Shown: positions 31,973-42,493 of the stretch, in pieces
Position numbering within the stretch: the stretch's first letter is position 1
How the letters are laid out: each line of letters opens with the position of its first letter
Source of the DNA: an uncultured archaeon
GTDB taxonomy: Archaea; Asgardarchaeota; Lokiarchaeia; Sigyniarchaeales; SOKP01
Assembly (NCBI GenBank): GCA_964388035.1
Contig: CAYLZE010000014.1
Location: 1-64,000, forward strand
Length of the DNA stretch: 64,000 nt
Direction of reading: 5' to 3'
The notes under the pieces: generated by a model
The model's database searches: none
Seen by the model: only the letters and a program-made list of their open reading frames with translations
Told to the model about the DNA's origin: nothing
Program-made: the position numbers and the translations under genes

Positions 31973-33943
31973 ATGAAAGGGAAGATAAAATTGGAACCTA
32001 TAGATCCTAAAGAAAAGTACTCTAACCTCTTGAATAAATATAGTAAAAAGAAGGTCTCTCTAGATAAAGCTATTAAAGGATACATTGATCCTGGTAACCG
32101 CATTTTTATTGATAGCGGGTGCTCAGAACCAATTGACCTAACAAAAAAGTTGATAGAATTAGGCCCAGAGCTCCCGGATGTAGAAATCTTGCATTTCTTA
32201 TCCTTGAGCGATTTGGACTACTATGAAACTGCGGGAGGAATTGAAGATCTATATAGACATAATGCATTTTTTATTGGAAAATCCCTTCGAAAATACATAA
32301 AAGCGGGTCAAGCGGATTATACCCCAATGCTTCTCTCAGAAATTCCTTGGTTATTTAAATTGGGTAAAATGCACCTTGATACTGCCCTTATTCAAGTTAG
32401 TCCGCCTGATAAATTTGGATTTTGCAGTTATGGCATCAATGTCGATATAGTAAAACCCATAGCTGAGTCTGCAGAACGCGTTGTGGCTGAAATTAACCCC
32501 AAAATGCCCAGAACATTAGGCGATTCATTCATTCACATGGATGATATTGATGTATTTGTCACGAGTGATCATGATATTATAGAATATAGTTATGGAGAAC
32601 CCGACGAGGTCTCCCATAAGATAGCAGAATACACCGCATCTTTGGTTGAGGATCAATCAACCATTCAGATGGGGATCGGTACAATCCCCAATGCGGTAAC
32701 TAAAGCCTTAGAGCAAAAAAAAGATTTAGGGGTGCATAGTGAAGTGTTTTCGGATGGGGTGGTAGACCTTGTAGAAAAGGGAGTAATAACGTGCAAGAAA
32801 AAGTCGATCCATAAAGGAAAAATCATCTGTTCTTTTGTTATGGGAACTAAAAGGTTGTACGACTTTTGTAATGAGAATCCCATGCTTGAATTCCACCCTT
32901 GCGAATATACAAATGACCCATTTATTATTAGTCAAAATAAAAAGCAAGTCGCAATTAATGCTGCTTTAACCGTGGATTTAACCGGGCAAGTAAATGCTGA
33001 TTCTTTGGGACCTCAATTTTATAGCGGGATCGGGGGACAAGTAGATTTTGTGAGGGGCGCAGGGCGAGCACCGGATGGTAAGCCTATCATGGTAATGCCC
33101 TCTACAGCTACTCTTAGTGATGGAAAAGTAGTTTCCAGAGTCGCACCATATTTGCAACCCGGTTCTGGTGTGGTAATTACGCGCGGAGATGTCCATTATG
33201 TTGTTACGGAGTGGGGAATAGCATATCTTTATGGAAAAAGCGTTAGGGAACGCGTGCTACAGATGATTAATATTGCACATCCTGATTTTCGAGAAGAACT
33301 CTTAGAGCATGCTAAAAAATGGAATTACGTGTATTCCGACCAAAAATTACCTAAATCAATCGAAGGACGTATTAGCATCTATCCCTTTCAATATGAAACT
33401 AACTTTAAATTAGAAAATAATGAAAAAATATTAATACGCCCAGTTAAGCCCACCGATGAAAGAATGCTGCAAGAATTGCATTATAGCTTGGATGAAAATG
33501 ATAGATATTATCGATTTTTCTCAATCGTACAGGATTTTCGACATAAAAAAATACAACCTTTGGTAAATATTGATTATTCCACGAACATGATATTAGTAGG
33601 AGTCCATTCCGAAGATTCAGAACAAAAGATTGTTGCTCTTGGTGCAGTTTTCAGCACGGCACAACCTTCTTTGGGAGAATTAGCTTTTATTACTGATAAA
33701 GAATGGCGGGGGATGGGTATTTCAAAATTCCTGTTAGATTACTTAGTAAAAATCGCACGAGAAATGAACTATAAAAAGTTAGGTGGTTCTATTTTAACCG
33801 AAAATAAAGCAATGTTGCACATTATTGACTCTGCAGGATATGATCTAATATTAAAAAAAATGGAAAGTGGGGTTTTCGAATTTCAAATTGATATAACCAA
33901 AGAGACACGTAAAGAAGAAAAAGCACCCTTTAGGGAGAATTAG
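31973..33943 (+). CDS. Second acetyl-CoA hydrolase/CoA-transferase-GNAT fusion (tandem paralog)
   Basis: Same motifs with long identical peptides. Confidence 0.92.
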   Translation: MKGKIKLEPIDPKEKYSNLLNKYSKKKVSLDKAIKGYIDPGNRIFIDSGCSEPIDLTKKLIELGPELPDVEILHFLSLSDLDYYETAGGIEDLYRHNAFFIGKSLRKYIKAGQADYTPMLLSEIPWLFKLGKMHLDTALIQVSPPDKFGFCSYGINVDIVKPIAESAERVVAEINPKMPRTLGDSFIHMDDIDVFVTSDHDIIEYSYGEPDEVSHKIAEYTASLVEDQSTIQMGIGTIPNAVTKALEQKKDLGVHSEVFSDGVVDLVEKGVITCKKKSIHKGKIICSFVMGTKRLYDFCNENPMLEFHPCEYTNDPFIISQNKKQVAINAALTVDLTGQVNADSLGPQFYSGIGGQVDFVRGAGRAPDGKPIMVMPSTATLSDGKVVSRVAPYLQPGSGVVITRGDVHYVVTEWGIAYLYGKSVRERVLQMINIAHPDFREELLEHAKKWNYVYSDQKLPKSIEGRISIYPFQYETNFKLENNEKILIRPVKPTDERMLQELHYSLDENDRYYRFFSIVQDFRHKKIQPLVNIDYSTNMILVGVHSEDSEQKIVALGAVFSTAQPSLGELAFITDKEWRGMGISKFLLDYLVKIAREMNYKKLGGSILTENKAMLHIIDSAGYDLILKKMESGVFEFQIDITKETRKEEKAPFREN

Positions 33944-34157
33944 AATTATTTTAATGATTTTTTTTCTTTCATGACATGTTAGAATGCCTGTATTTAGTCA
34001 CGCAATCCAAAATAAAACATTGATATCAATCATCTAAAAATGTCATGTAAATAACTAAATTATAAGTAGATATTCTCATGAGAATCACTACTTCTTGAAT
34101 AGAACTTATCATTCATAAATAATTAACGAATATATGAAAAAGTATCTGGTGCTATAA

Positions 34158-35021
34158 ATAACACTCTTAATCACGGAATTTTATGAAAAATATAAGAAAG
34201 AAGGGTTAACTGGAGAGATTATAAAGGAATTTCAGGATATCATATGGGATTATTATAACAAGCAAGGACGCAAATTTCCATTTAGAGAAAAAATAAGCGA
34301 TTACAATGTCTTGATAAGTGAAATAATGCTCCAACAAACGCAAACTGGAGCAGTATCTGAAAAATTCATGAAATTCGTAAAAAAATTTCCTGATTTTCTC
34401 TCATTAGCCCAAGCACCATTGGATGAAGTCCTAAGAGCATGGCAAGGATTAGGATATAACCGAAGAGCAATTGCTTTAAAAAGTATCGCGGAAACAATTA
34501 TTAAAGAGTATAATGGAAAACTTCCTCGTTCTAAAGAAATTCTCATAAGTTTTCCTCAGGTTGGAGCAGCAACCGCATCATCTATACTCGCTTTTGCTTT
34601 TAATGAACCTACCATCTTTATAGAAACAAATATCAGGAGGGTGTATATGTATTTTTTCTTCACTCATCAAAATAACATTAATGATAAAATGATTTTACCC
34701 CTAGTAGAGAAAAGTTTAGACAAAACTAACCCAAGAAAATGGTATTATGCATTAATGGATTATGGGGTCATGTTAAAAAAAGCACATCCCGAATTAAATA
34801 AGAAAAGCACGCATTATAAGAAACAAAAATCTTTTAAAGGTTCTAATCGGGAAATTCGGGGAAAAATCTTAAAATTGTTGTTAAAAACCGCATCTTTTTC
34901 CAAATATCGTCTTATAAAAGAATTAAATTTCGATCAGGAAAGAATTGAGAGTGTATTGAATGATTTAGAAAAGGAAGGATTCATTAGGCAAGATCAAGAA
35001 TCCATTCATATAAGTAAGTAG
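34158..35021 (+). CDS. mutY: A/G-specific adenine glycosylase (MutY-like, HhH-GPD, no Fe-S cysteines)
   Basis: SEIMLQQTQ, W.GLGYNRRA, HhH PQVG..TA, ETNIRR; the conserved N-terminus F...IWDYY...GR.FPFR lies upstream of the tracked start, open to ATA 34158. Confidence 0.88.
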   Translation: MTLLITEFYEKYKKEGLTGEIIKEFQDIIWDYYNKQGRKFPFREKISDYNVLISEIMLQQTQTGAVSEKFMKFVKKFPDFLSLAQAPLDEVLRAWQGLGYNRRAIALKSIAETIIKEYNGKLPRSKEILISFPQVGAATASSILAFAFNEPTIFIETNIRRVYMYFFFTHQNNINDKMILPLVEKSLDKTNPRKWYYALMDYGVMLKKAHPELNKKSTHYKKQKSFKGSNREIRGKILKLLLKTASFSKYRLIKELNFDQERIESVLNDLEKEGFIRQDQESIHISK

Positions 35022-35274
35022 CAAACTTCCTTTTCAATTACGTAAAGATTAAGATTCGAGTAAATCTTAAAAGTTATCGAATAAAGACAGTAAATTTAAA
35101 GGATGATAAAATGCAATGTTTTGATAAATCTTTTGTTAAATTACTCAAAGAACAAAATTAGTCAGCATGATATCAGAGATTTAATTTAAAAAACAATATC
35201 AAAAAGGATAGAATTAATTATGAGTTATTTTATTATATTTTTAGAAAAGAAAAGGTTATAGAGAGTTCGGTAAA

Positions 35275-36174
35275 ATGTCAAATAGACCAATACTTCTGAA
35301 AAAAATGGAGGAAATATTAAAGTTAAGATCCCAATATTTTACCATTAGACAAATACAATATGAATTGAGAGAGATAAAATCGGAAGTTGATAGGCTAACA
35401 ATCGATGAATATGTGGAAATTTTGTTCTTGGAGAATAAAATAATCATGACGGATCATAGTGGAAAAATCATTTCCTTAATTGAAAAAAAGCTTCAAGAAT
35501 ATGAAAAACCCTTAAAAATTCTCCATGTGGAACACCAAGATCTCATCTCTGAAATTAAATCCGAATCTTCACAGCACTCGTTTAAAGAAGAAAAAGCTAC
35601 TAATTTAAATCTCGTGAAAATTAATTGTATTGATTTTTTTTACGCAATACTGAGAAGCCAATTTGATGATGATATTGCAAACAACGTGTTTGTAAAGATA
35701 TATGATATTATTGATAAGTTTGATTCAATCAAATTTTTCGCACCAAGTCATTATTCGCTACTAATATTTGAACAATTTTTTAATAAAAAGTCAAATATTA
35801 ATGTAGATCCAGAATCTTCTCGCAGAAATGAAATTATTGAGGAAGTTCTCAAAACAGAAGTTAATGTGTACCAATTAAAAGAAAAGGTAAAAGCGCTTTT
35901 CGATTTATTTTGTGGATTAAATTCTACGGGATATTTAAAGATGTTCATGATCAATCACAAGATTTTCGCTCACTTAAATAAAATGTTTTTTCAATCTACA
36001 AACCAGCAGAATATCCCTACCAATCCACCCCTTAAAAAAAAGTCCAAGTTAATTAAAAAAAAATATAATTTTATGAATAAAGAAATCACGGTTATTAAAA
36101 ATCAAGCAGAAATGAAATATAGTGATAAAACTCTATATTATACAATTTTAGATAAAATGATTGAAATTTTATAA
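35275..36174 (+). CDS. Hypothetical helical protein, co-oriented with the HEAT-repeat gene
   Basis: 299-aa ORF ending 37 bp before the next gene. Confidence 0.7.
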   Translation: MSNRPILLKKMEEILKLRSQYFTIRQIQYELREIKSEVDRLTIDEYVEILFLENKIIMTDHSGKIISLIEKKLQEYEKPLKILHVEHQDLISEIKSESSQHSFKEEKATNLNLVKINCIDFFYAILRSQFDDDIANNVFVKIYDIIDKFDSIKFFAPSHYSLLIFEQFFNKKSNINVDPESSRRNEIIEEVLKTEVNVYQLKEKVKALFDLFCGLNSTGYLKMFMINHKIFAHLNKMFFQSTNQQNIPTNPPLKKKSKLIKKKYNFMNKEITVIKNQAEMKYSDKTLYYTILDKMIEIL

Positions 36175-36211
36175 AATATCTTCTAACTAAATAGTCAGAG
36201 TTGAAGCCCTT

Positions 36212-37993
36212 TTGGAAAATAATTTAGATTCAATAAAAAAAGATATGAGAGCTGGAAATTACGCAAAGGCTTTAAATGAATTAATTTCCTTGATTAATGG
36301 TAGTTATCCCCCTAATATAGAAGAAATATTACAGGGGATCTTGGAAATTCAAGAAATGGAATTCCCTTTAACCTCGGAATATCTTCAGAAAATTAAACCT
36401 CTTATCGATGATTTTGATGAGAATATTCACGAATTAGCGATAAAAAACTATATTAAAACCATTAAAACTACTTCTCTACTTAACGAAGAGTTAGAATTCG
36501 TACTTTCAAAATTAAAATCTTTTGAGCCGATAATTAAAGAAGAAATGATTAATTATTTAATCGAAGTTTTTCCAAATTATCCCGAACGTGAAGAGGAAAT
36601 TTTAGGGGGATTAATCGAATGCCTCGGTGATGAGATATGGAATGTACGGATGAAAATTATAAAATTTCTCAATGATATCTTCATGAAAAAAATTGATTTA
36701 ATAATCAACTTTAAAAAGCAATTAGAAATTATCTTGGAAGAGAGCGATATTGACGTCTTGAGAGAAGGGCTTGAATTTTTATTAAAATTATATGATCAAA
36801 CCTATTCCATCGCAGATATTAGAAAAATAATTAAAAATATCTCAGAAAAAAATTGGATTGCCCAAGAAAAAATCTTATTTATCATAGGGAAGTTAGGTAT
36901 CAAACGAAAGGATTTAATCACTCCCATTAGAAACGATCTAATTAAGCTTTTAGATTACAATGATTATTTAGTAACTAAAAAAGCACAACAAATAATTGAA
37001 GAAATTATTGTACACAATGCAAATCTATTCGATGAAACTTTATTTTCTTATATTCGCAACGATACTATAGATAATCTTGGGGCCATCGAAACCCTGTTGA
37101 GTAATTCTATTATAAAGCACGGATTCATGCGCTTCTATAGCATTTTTAAACAAATAGCTAATGAAAAAGACCCATTATTTAAGATTTTTAACGCAATAGT
37201 AAACAAATTATTGGATCATAACTCTGAATTAATTTTAACGATGTTTAATGATCTAATTAATAAAATATTAAAAGATTTCAATGTAAATGATTATCTCAAG
37301 TTAGAAAGATTATTAATATTAAATCCTAACTATGATCTTTATAATCTCCTCCTAAAATCATTAAATGATAAAGGTCACTTAAAGGGAATAGAAGAAGAAA
37401 AAAGAAGAATTGATTTAATGAGTTTTTTATGGGAAAATATCCCAGAATTAGGATTTAAAAGAATAAGTTCCTGGCTTAACGGCGTAATAAAACACGATTC
37501 AATCGAAATTGAGGCAATCTGTGAAAAATTCAATCTCCAACACTCTTTAATTGTTGAAGTTATTAAGAAATTAGTGAAGAAAGGGTTGTTGAATGCGCAA
37601 ATACAAGATGATGTCATTATATCGGAAAAATTCTCCCCCAAACCAAAAGAAGATGTGATCTTCTCTAATAAGTGGCAAGTAATTCAAGAAAATGAAGATG
37701 ATGAGATAAAAATCAATGTCATTCTTAATCTTAGAAATAATTCGGGAAAACAAATCACAAATATAAGCTTTGATATCATCGATCCGTATCAAATACTAGT
37801 AGTACAAGAAGTAAAAAACCATTTTCCAGAGAATTTGAATCATAATCGAGAACTTTCAATCAATTGGATTTTAAGAAAATATTATGATATAAGTAATATG
37901 CCGCTAGCAACCATGATTCAAATATTAATATTTTATCAAATCAAGGGAAAGTTATTCTATAAAAAAGAAAACATGGATATACTTTTATTATAA
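36212..37993 (+). CDS. HEAT/ARM-repeat protein with winged-helix-like segment and C-terminal beta-sandwich (appendage-like) domain
   Basis: HEAT signatures (L.DEIWNVR, LE.SD.DV, LLD.ND.LV); I.IE.IC.KFNL....I..VIK.LV.KG.L.A.I; C-terminal V.LNL.N.SG..I.NI.F beta pattern. Confidence 0.65.
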   Translation: MENNLDSIKKDMRAGNYAKALNELISLINGSYPPNIEEILQGILEIQEMEFPLTSEYLQKIKPLIDDFDENIHELAIKNYIKTIKTTSLLNEELEFVLSKLKSFEPIIKEEMINYLIEVFPNYPEREEEILGGLIECLGDEIWNVRMKIIKFLNDIFMKKIDLIINFKKQLEIILEESDIDVLREGLEFLLKLYDQTYSIADIRKIIKNISEKNWIAQEKILFIIGKLGIKRKDLITPIRNDLIKLLDYNDYLVTKKAQQIIEEIIVHNANLFDETLFSYIRNDTIDNLGAIETLLSNSIIKHGFMRFYSIFKQIANEKDPLFKIFNAIVNKLLDHNSELILTMFNDLINKILKDFNVNDYLKLERLLILNPNYDLYNLLLKSLNDKGHLKGIEEEKRRIDLMSFLWENIPELGFKRISSWLNGVIKHDSIEIEAICEKFNLQHSLIVEVIKKLVKKGLLNAQIQDDVIISEKFSPKPKEDVIFSNKWQVIQENEDDEIKINVILNLRNNSGKQITNISFDIIDPYQILVVQEVKNHFPENLNHNRELSINWILRKYYDISNMPLATMIQILIFYQIKGKLFYKKENMDILLL

Positions 37994-38010
37994 TGTAATT
38001 TTTAGAGACT

Positions 38011-38575
38011 TTATTTAATACCTTCAAATATTAAAATCTGGTTTTCCTCGTTCTTCTTTATATCTTCTTCTCGAATTCAGTTATATGACCATTTTAATAA
38101 GATCTTTCATGATATAGGTACCATACCAAGGCATACCATAAGCTTCAGAATTATATTCACCACCTCGAGGAAGTCTGAACGCTCTTAAAAGGGAGAGTTC
38201 TTCAGCAACGTTTTTAACAAAAACATCTGAGCCATATATAGCAGCTATTTGTAAATAAAGCCGCAGCTTTTGAGTTCTAATCGAATTAATTAAATTATGA
38301 TGATAGAAATTTTTATTACGATAACAAACCGATCATGTCCTATTTGAAGTTCGCCTAAAGAATAAAATAAGGTTAAAATAACATCGGTGGTTTTGGAAAA
38401 GCCATACCCCCTTTAATACTTCTGGGTAATTAAAAGGAGTAAGAGTTAGCGCGTCTATAGCTAAGATTGCCAATTAAGGTTATAATTGCATTCTCTCCAA
38501 AACTGCTCTAGCTACCTTCTTTCTCGCTTGATAACAATCAGTTCCTGTTGCTGTTCCTACACTTGCGTCTAACAT
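38011..38575 (-). pseudogene. Collapsed relic: FIST-protein N-terminus joined to LuxC-like C-terminus
   Basis: MLDASVGTATGTDCYQARKKVARAVLERMQL*P*LAILAIDAL...FNYPEVLKG matches the 53770 N-terminus; NLINSIRTQKLRLYLQIAAIYGSDVFVKNVAEELSLL.AFRLPR.GE.N...GMPW.G.Y...DLIK matches the 56491 C-terminus. Confidence 0.9.
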
Positions 38576-38627
38576 TTAACCACTCTTTTATATTTAATAT
38601 TTTAATATTTTTAAAATTCTCACAAAA

Positions 38628-39218
38628 TTACATGCTATTAAGAAAATTTTGTATCATTCTTTGAAGACTTCCAAGAGTCGAGGATATCTCTTCTAATAGA
38701 GATTTAACTTTTTGAACAGATACGGTGTCCGAACCTATTTCTACTTCTTCTGAAGGTTGTTCTAATTCTGTTTCTACAACAGGAGAAGGTTCTAATGCTT
38801 CTGTTTCCATTTCTATAGATGATTCTACTGATTCTGGCTCTGATTTGGTGGAAACGCTTATTGGCTTTTTACTTGTCATGGGAACCGTATCAGCAATGGT
38901 ATCCAAGTCAATTTCACCTTCAAATTGTTCCAAAATATGTTGTTTATTAAGCGTGGGGAAATTTTCGGGTTCATTTCCCTCCTCAACAACCTCTATGCTG
39001 GCACCGTAAAGCTTTAAATTTGATTTTAGTTTTGTAGCAACAACTCCACCATGATACTTATCAAGCTTATCACTTTTCCCACCACTCCAAATCCACATTT
39101 TAGGTCTTTTTTTAGTTCTATCTACGATTATATATATACCTTCCGTAGTTAAAGCTGGATTATTCGTTCCTATTAATTTCTTCCCTTCTATCTTATATAA
39201 TGTTATCATTTTTTCCAT
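38628..39218 (-). CDS. Single-domain gelsolin-like protein with acidic linker and C-terminal amphipathic helix
   Basis: YIIVD...MWIWSG..S...K...G...A....IEVVEEGNEPENF gelsolin pattern; paralog of 53211-53726. Confidence 0.8.
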   Translation of the reverse strand: MEKMITLYKIEGKKLIGTNNPALTTEGIYIIVDRTKKRPKMWIWSGGKSDKLDKYHGGVVATKLKSNLKLYGASIEVVEEGNEPENFPTLNKQHILEQFEGEIDLDTIADTVPMTSKKPISVSTKSEPESVESSIEMETEALEPSPVVETELEQPSEEVEIGSDTVSVQKVKSLLEEISSTLGSLQRMIQNFLNSM

Positions 39219-39484
39219 CCTCTCTATTTCATTCTAAATTTTAAATCCATACAAGGATATTAAAAATTTTTTTCCAAATTAAATAATAGATTAAAATGTA
39301 TAAATAAATATTTTTGTTACTAATCAAGATTAATTCCTATTTTTATCTTTGAACGATTTTTTAGTATGACTAAAAAATTTTCATCTTATCCCTCAATATA
39401 ATCACACGAAAAAAGATATTAATTAGCTCTTATTCATCTTTTTCGATGTAATCCCATTTATATAGTCTTTATAAAAAAAAAAAT

Positions 39485-40783
39485 TCAACTAATAAACAAT
39501 TTTGAAGATTTAAGTGCAAATCTTTCATGCTTTTTCCATGAACCAAATAAGTCGCCATTAGATGTTAAAGTTTCTATCACTATTCTTAATTTTTTCTTGA
39601 TTCTTTGAGGAGAACTTTTAGCAAAGACTGTCTGAGGTAATGGCATAAAAGCATGAGCATGAATTTTTGCACCTTTTCTTACCAGATCTTTCATTACTTT
39701 AATAGATTGTGTCATATCTTCTTCAGTTTCATTTGGCAAACCAAATATAAAATCCACATAAGGTTTGAAATTTGACTCAATTATTAAATCAACAGCCTTA
39801 TATACATCATCAACATTATGGCCTCGATTACAATCGTCTAATACTTTTTGGCTTCCGGATTGTGCTCCTATAACTATGTTATCATTAGACGCGAATCTAG
39901 AAATTAATTGCATCGTAGCTTTATTTACATGATCGGGACGAACCTCAGTAGGAAAGGATCCGAAGAATAATCTGCCTTTAGGGGGCAAAATATCATCAAT
40001 AACGGTAAGAAGTTCTCCTATTTTATCTATATTAATCGTCTTACCATCAGAAGAACCATAAGATAATGCGCTCGGTGAGATAAATCTTATATATGTTGAT
40101 TCTTGAAATTGTTCTACCAACCATTGCACGTGTTCAACTATGGATTCAATACTGCGATGTCTTGGACGAGTTCCAAAAAGATGCGAAGTTTGGCAGAAAA
40201 AACAAGCATAGGGACATCCTCTTGTGATCTCTATTGAACCAAATCTTCGATACTGCTTTGTTGGAAATGAAGGATATTTATCTAGATTCATTGCTGGGCG
40301 CTTACCAGTAAATTGATACTCCCCATTTTCATCATTATAGGAAATTCCTTTAATATGCCTAATTTCTGAATTGTTTGCTAAATGGGCTATGAGTTCAACG
40401 AAAGATTCCTCACCTTCTCCGCTTATTACAATATTGAATCCTATCTTTAAAGTTCCCTCTGGGTCACCCGTAGGGTGGGGTCCTCCTGCGATAAGATAAA
40501 CTCTGCTTTTATAGACTTGCTTTATTCTTTTGACAAATCGTTTTATTTCAAAAAATTGAGAGGTGAAGAATGAAAAACAGATATAAATTCGTCTAAAATC
40601 AATTAATAATTGCCTTATTTTATTGATTATTTCCCATTCCGTTTTGAAAATAAAAATTGTAAAATCACTTCCTTTCAAAGATTCCTCTGTTTCTACAGCT
40701 CCTAATAATGCATTAAAACTATTCACGTTCATTTCATTATAATAAAGGATGATAGCGCATTCTTTAATGTTCAAGCAACTCAA
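39485..40783 (-). CDS. B12-binding domain radical SAM protein
   Basis: IAGGPHPT, GEGE, EITRGCPYACFFC (CxxxCxxC), GAQSGS, DFIFGLP.E. Confidence 0.92.
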   Translation of the reverse strand: MSCLNIKECAIILYYNEMNVNSFNALLGAVETEESLKGSDFTIFIFKTEWEIINKIRQLLIDFRRIYICFSFFTSQFFEIKRFVKRIKQVYKSRVYLIAGGPHPTGDPEGTLKIGFNIVISGEGEESFVELIAHLANNSEIRHIKGISYNDENGEYQFTGKRPAMNLDKYPSFPTKQYRRFGSIEITRGCPYACFFCQTSHLFGTRPRHRSIESIVEHVQWLVEQFQESTYIRFISPSALSYGSSDGKTINIDKIGELLTVIDDILPPKGRLFFGSFPTEVRPDHVNKATMQLISRFASNDNIVIGAQSGSQKVLDDCNRGHNVDDVYKAVDLIIESNFKPYVDFIFGLPNETEEDMTQSIKVMKDLVRKGAKIHAHAFMPLPQTVFAKSSPQRIKKKLRIVIETLTSNGDLFGSWKKHERFALKSSKLFIS

Positions 40784-40949
40784 AGCTATTTATTTGAAAT
40801 TATTATGGAGAAAGGTTAAAATTCCTATTCTTAATCAACCTCAAAAATAAGACTATTAATCATATAAATATATTTGCATTAAATGTTATTATTATACTTA
40901 AAATAAATTTATATCTAATAAAAATAATAAACACGTTGGGATATAACTT

Positions 40950-41435
40950 ATGCTTTTTAATTGGTTAATAGCTTCCTCAATTGATGAGGTAGGAGTGAGC
41001 CTTTTTGACTTCTATAGCATTGGACATGTTTGTTTTGGCATCGGGGTCTTTTTATTCTTCTCTCTTTTTTATACTATTCCCAAAAATCAAGGCAATGTTC
41101 CGATTCTAAGTTTACTCGCTGTTTTTATCTTTACTCTCATCGTTTTAATTGCTTGGGAACTCGTGGAAAATTTGCTTCTTTTAACTTTAGGTTTAAAATT
41201 TGAGGGAAGAGCAGATAGCTGGCAAAATATGACCACGGATATTTTGTTGGGTGCGGCAGGTGGTTTAGGTTCTTGGCTTTTTTGTTATATTATTTTTGAA
41301 AAAGAAAAGAAAATTTGGCTCTACTATGTATTCGGGTTATTAGCATTTGGCATCTGGTTGATCTTCTTTTTTATTGGACGATACGTGACGTATTGGTATG
41401 ATGGATTATATGCCGCTAGTATTTTATTTAACTGA
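40950..41435 (+). CDS. Membrane protein with H...WE..EN...DS..N...D motif
   Basis: D.YSIGH, AWELVEN, DSWQNM.TD; 4-5 TM segments. Confidence 0.7.
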   Translation: MLFNWLIASSIDEVGVSLFDFYSIGHVCFGIGVFLFFSLFYTIPKNQGNVPILSLLAVFIFTLIVLIAWELVENLLLLTLGLKFEGRADSWQNMTTDILLGAAGGLGSWLFCYIIFEKEKKIWLYYVFGLLAFGIWLIFFFIGRYVTYWYDGLYAASILFN

Positions 41436-41541
41436 ATAGTTGTAATTCCCTTTTTTTCCTTTCTTTTTTCTCTTATTCATCATTTTTTATATATTAATTT
41501 CAATAAATCTTTTAAGGATTAAACGCATAATCTCTTTATCC

Positions 41542-42327
41542 ATGGTTGAGGATTATTTAAATAAATTCATGTACTTTAAGAAAGGCACTTTTCCTTTAAT
41601 AATATCCACACCTCACGGTGGAACATTAACTTGCGAAGAGATTCCTCTCAGGAAGAAAGGAATTTCTGGTATCGATAAAGGCACGATCCAATTAACGAAC
41701 AAAATAGTTCATCTATTTGAATCATATAATTATAAGCTAAAAAATCAACCATGGGAGAGACCTTCTCTCATTATTTCTAGAATAAAACGATCTTACATAG
41801 ACTTTAATAGAGAAGAATACGAGGCGTATAATCCCGATTCAGAAATAGCGGGAAAACTTTATCGATTTTACCATGAAAAAATAAATGAATTCGTATCTTA
41901 TAACCTAAATACATTTGGCATTTCGCTTCTTTTAGATATCCATGGTTTTGAGAAGGATAAGCGTCCCCACGGTTTTAGAGACGTGGATATTGTATTAGGT
42001 ACTAATAATCTAAAAGCTATCATTGATACTTCAGCACCTAAGAAGGATATAAATAATAATATTCGAGAACGGATAATTAGAGAGTTTTTAGATTTAGGCG
42101 TTTCCATTGCCCCTGGTCATCCCAAGAGAAGAGAATATGCCTTAACGGGAGGTTATATCGTCCAGACATATGGATTTAATAATATTGAGAATAGTAAAGC
42201 AATTCAAATAGAATTTTCCGATAAAATTAGGATCTTTGATAAAGATCTTCAAAAAAAAGTGCTGGTAGGATTAACTCAAACAATTTTAGCATATTTCTCC
42301 AATATACTTAAAAATGACACGCAATAA
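41542..42327 (+). CDS. N-formylglutamate amidohydrolase family protein
   Basis: IISTPHGG, IDFNR, YH, LLDIHG, DIVLGT, GGYIVQ.Y, AIQIE. Confidence 0.85.
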   Translation: MVEDYLNKFMYFKKGTFPLIISTPHGGTLTCEEIPLRKKGISGIDKGTIQLTNKIVHLFESYNYKLKNQPWERPSLIISRIKRSYIDFNREEYEAYNPDSEIAGKLYRFYHEKINEFVSYNLNTFGISLLLDIHGFEKDKRPHGFRDVDIVLGTNNLKAIIDTSAPKKDINNNIRERIIREFLDLGVSIAPGHPKRREYALTGGYIVQTYGFNNIENSKAIQIEFSDKIRIFDKDLQKKVLVGLTQTILAYFSNILKNDTQ

Positions 42328-42493
42328 CTGAAATAATTAATATTGATTTCATGTCTCTTTAGCTCATAAAGATTTTTGACTTATTTAATAGATTTAATGA
42401 AACTAATGAATAGAATTAAGTTGTCTCATTTTCTTTTTACAAATATTCCAATATGGAAAAATTTTATACAAAAAATTACTTTTAAATAATAAC

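Noticed and set aside
39220-39300. Possible remnant of a Roadblock C-terminus upstream of the second gelsolin (NLLFNLEK...SLYGFKI vs NLSLELENYLHGFVL)
   Set aside because: Too short, needs a frameshift and is very AT-rich; cannot be distinguished from chance by eye.
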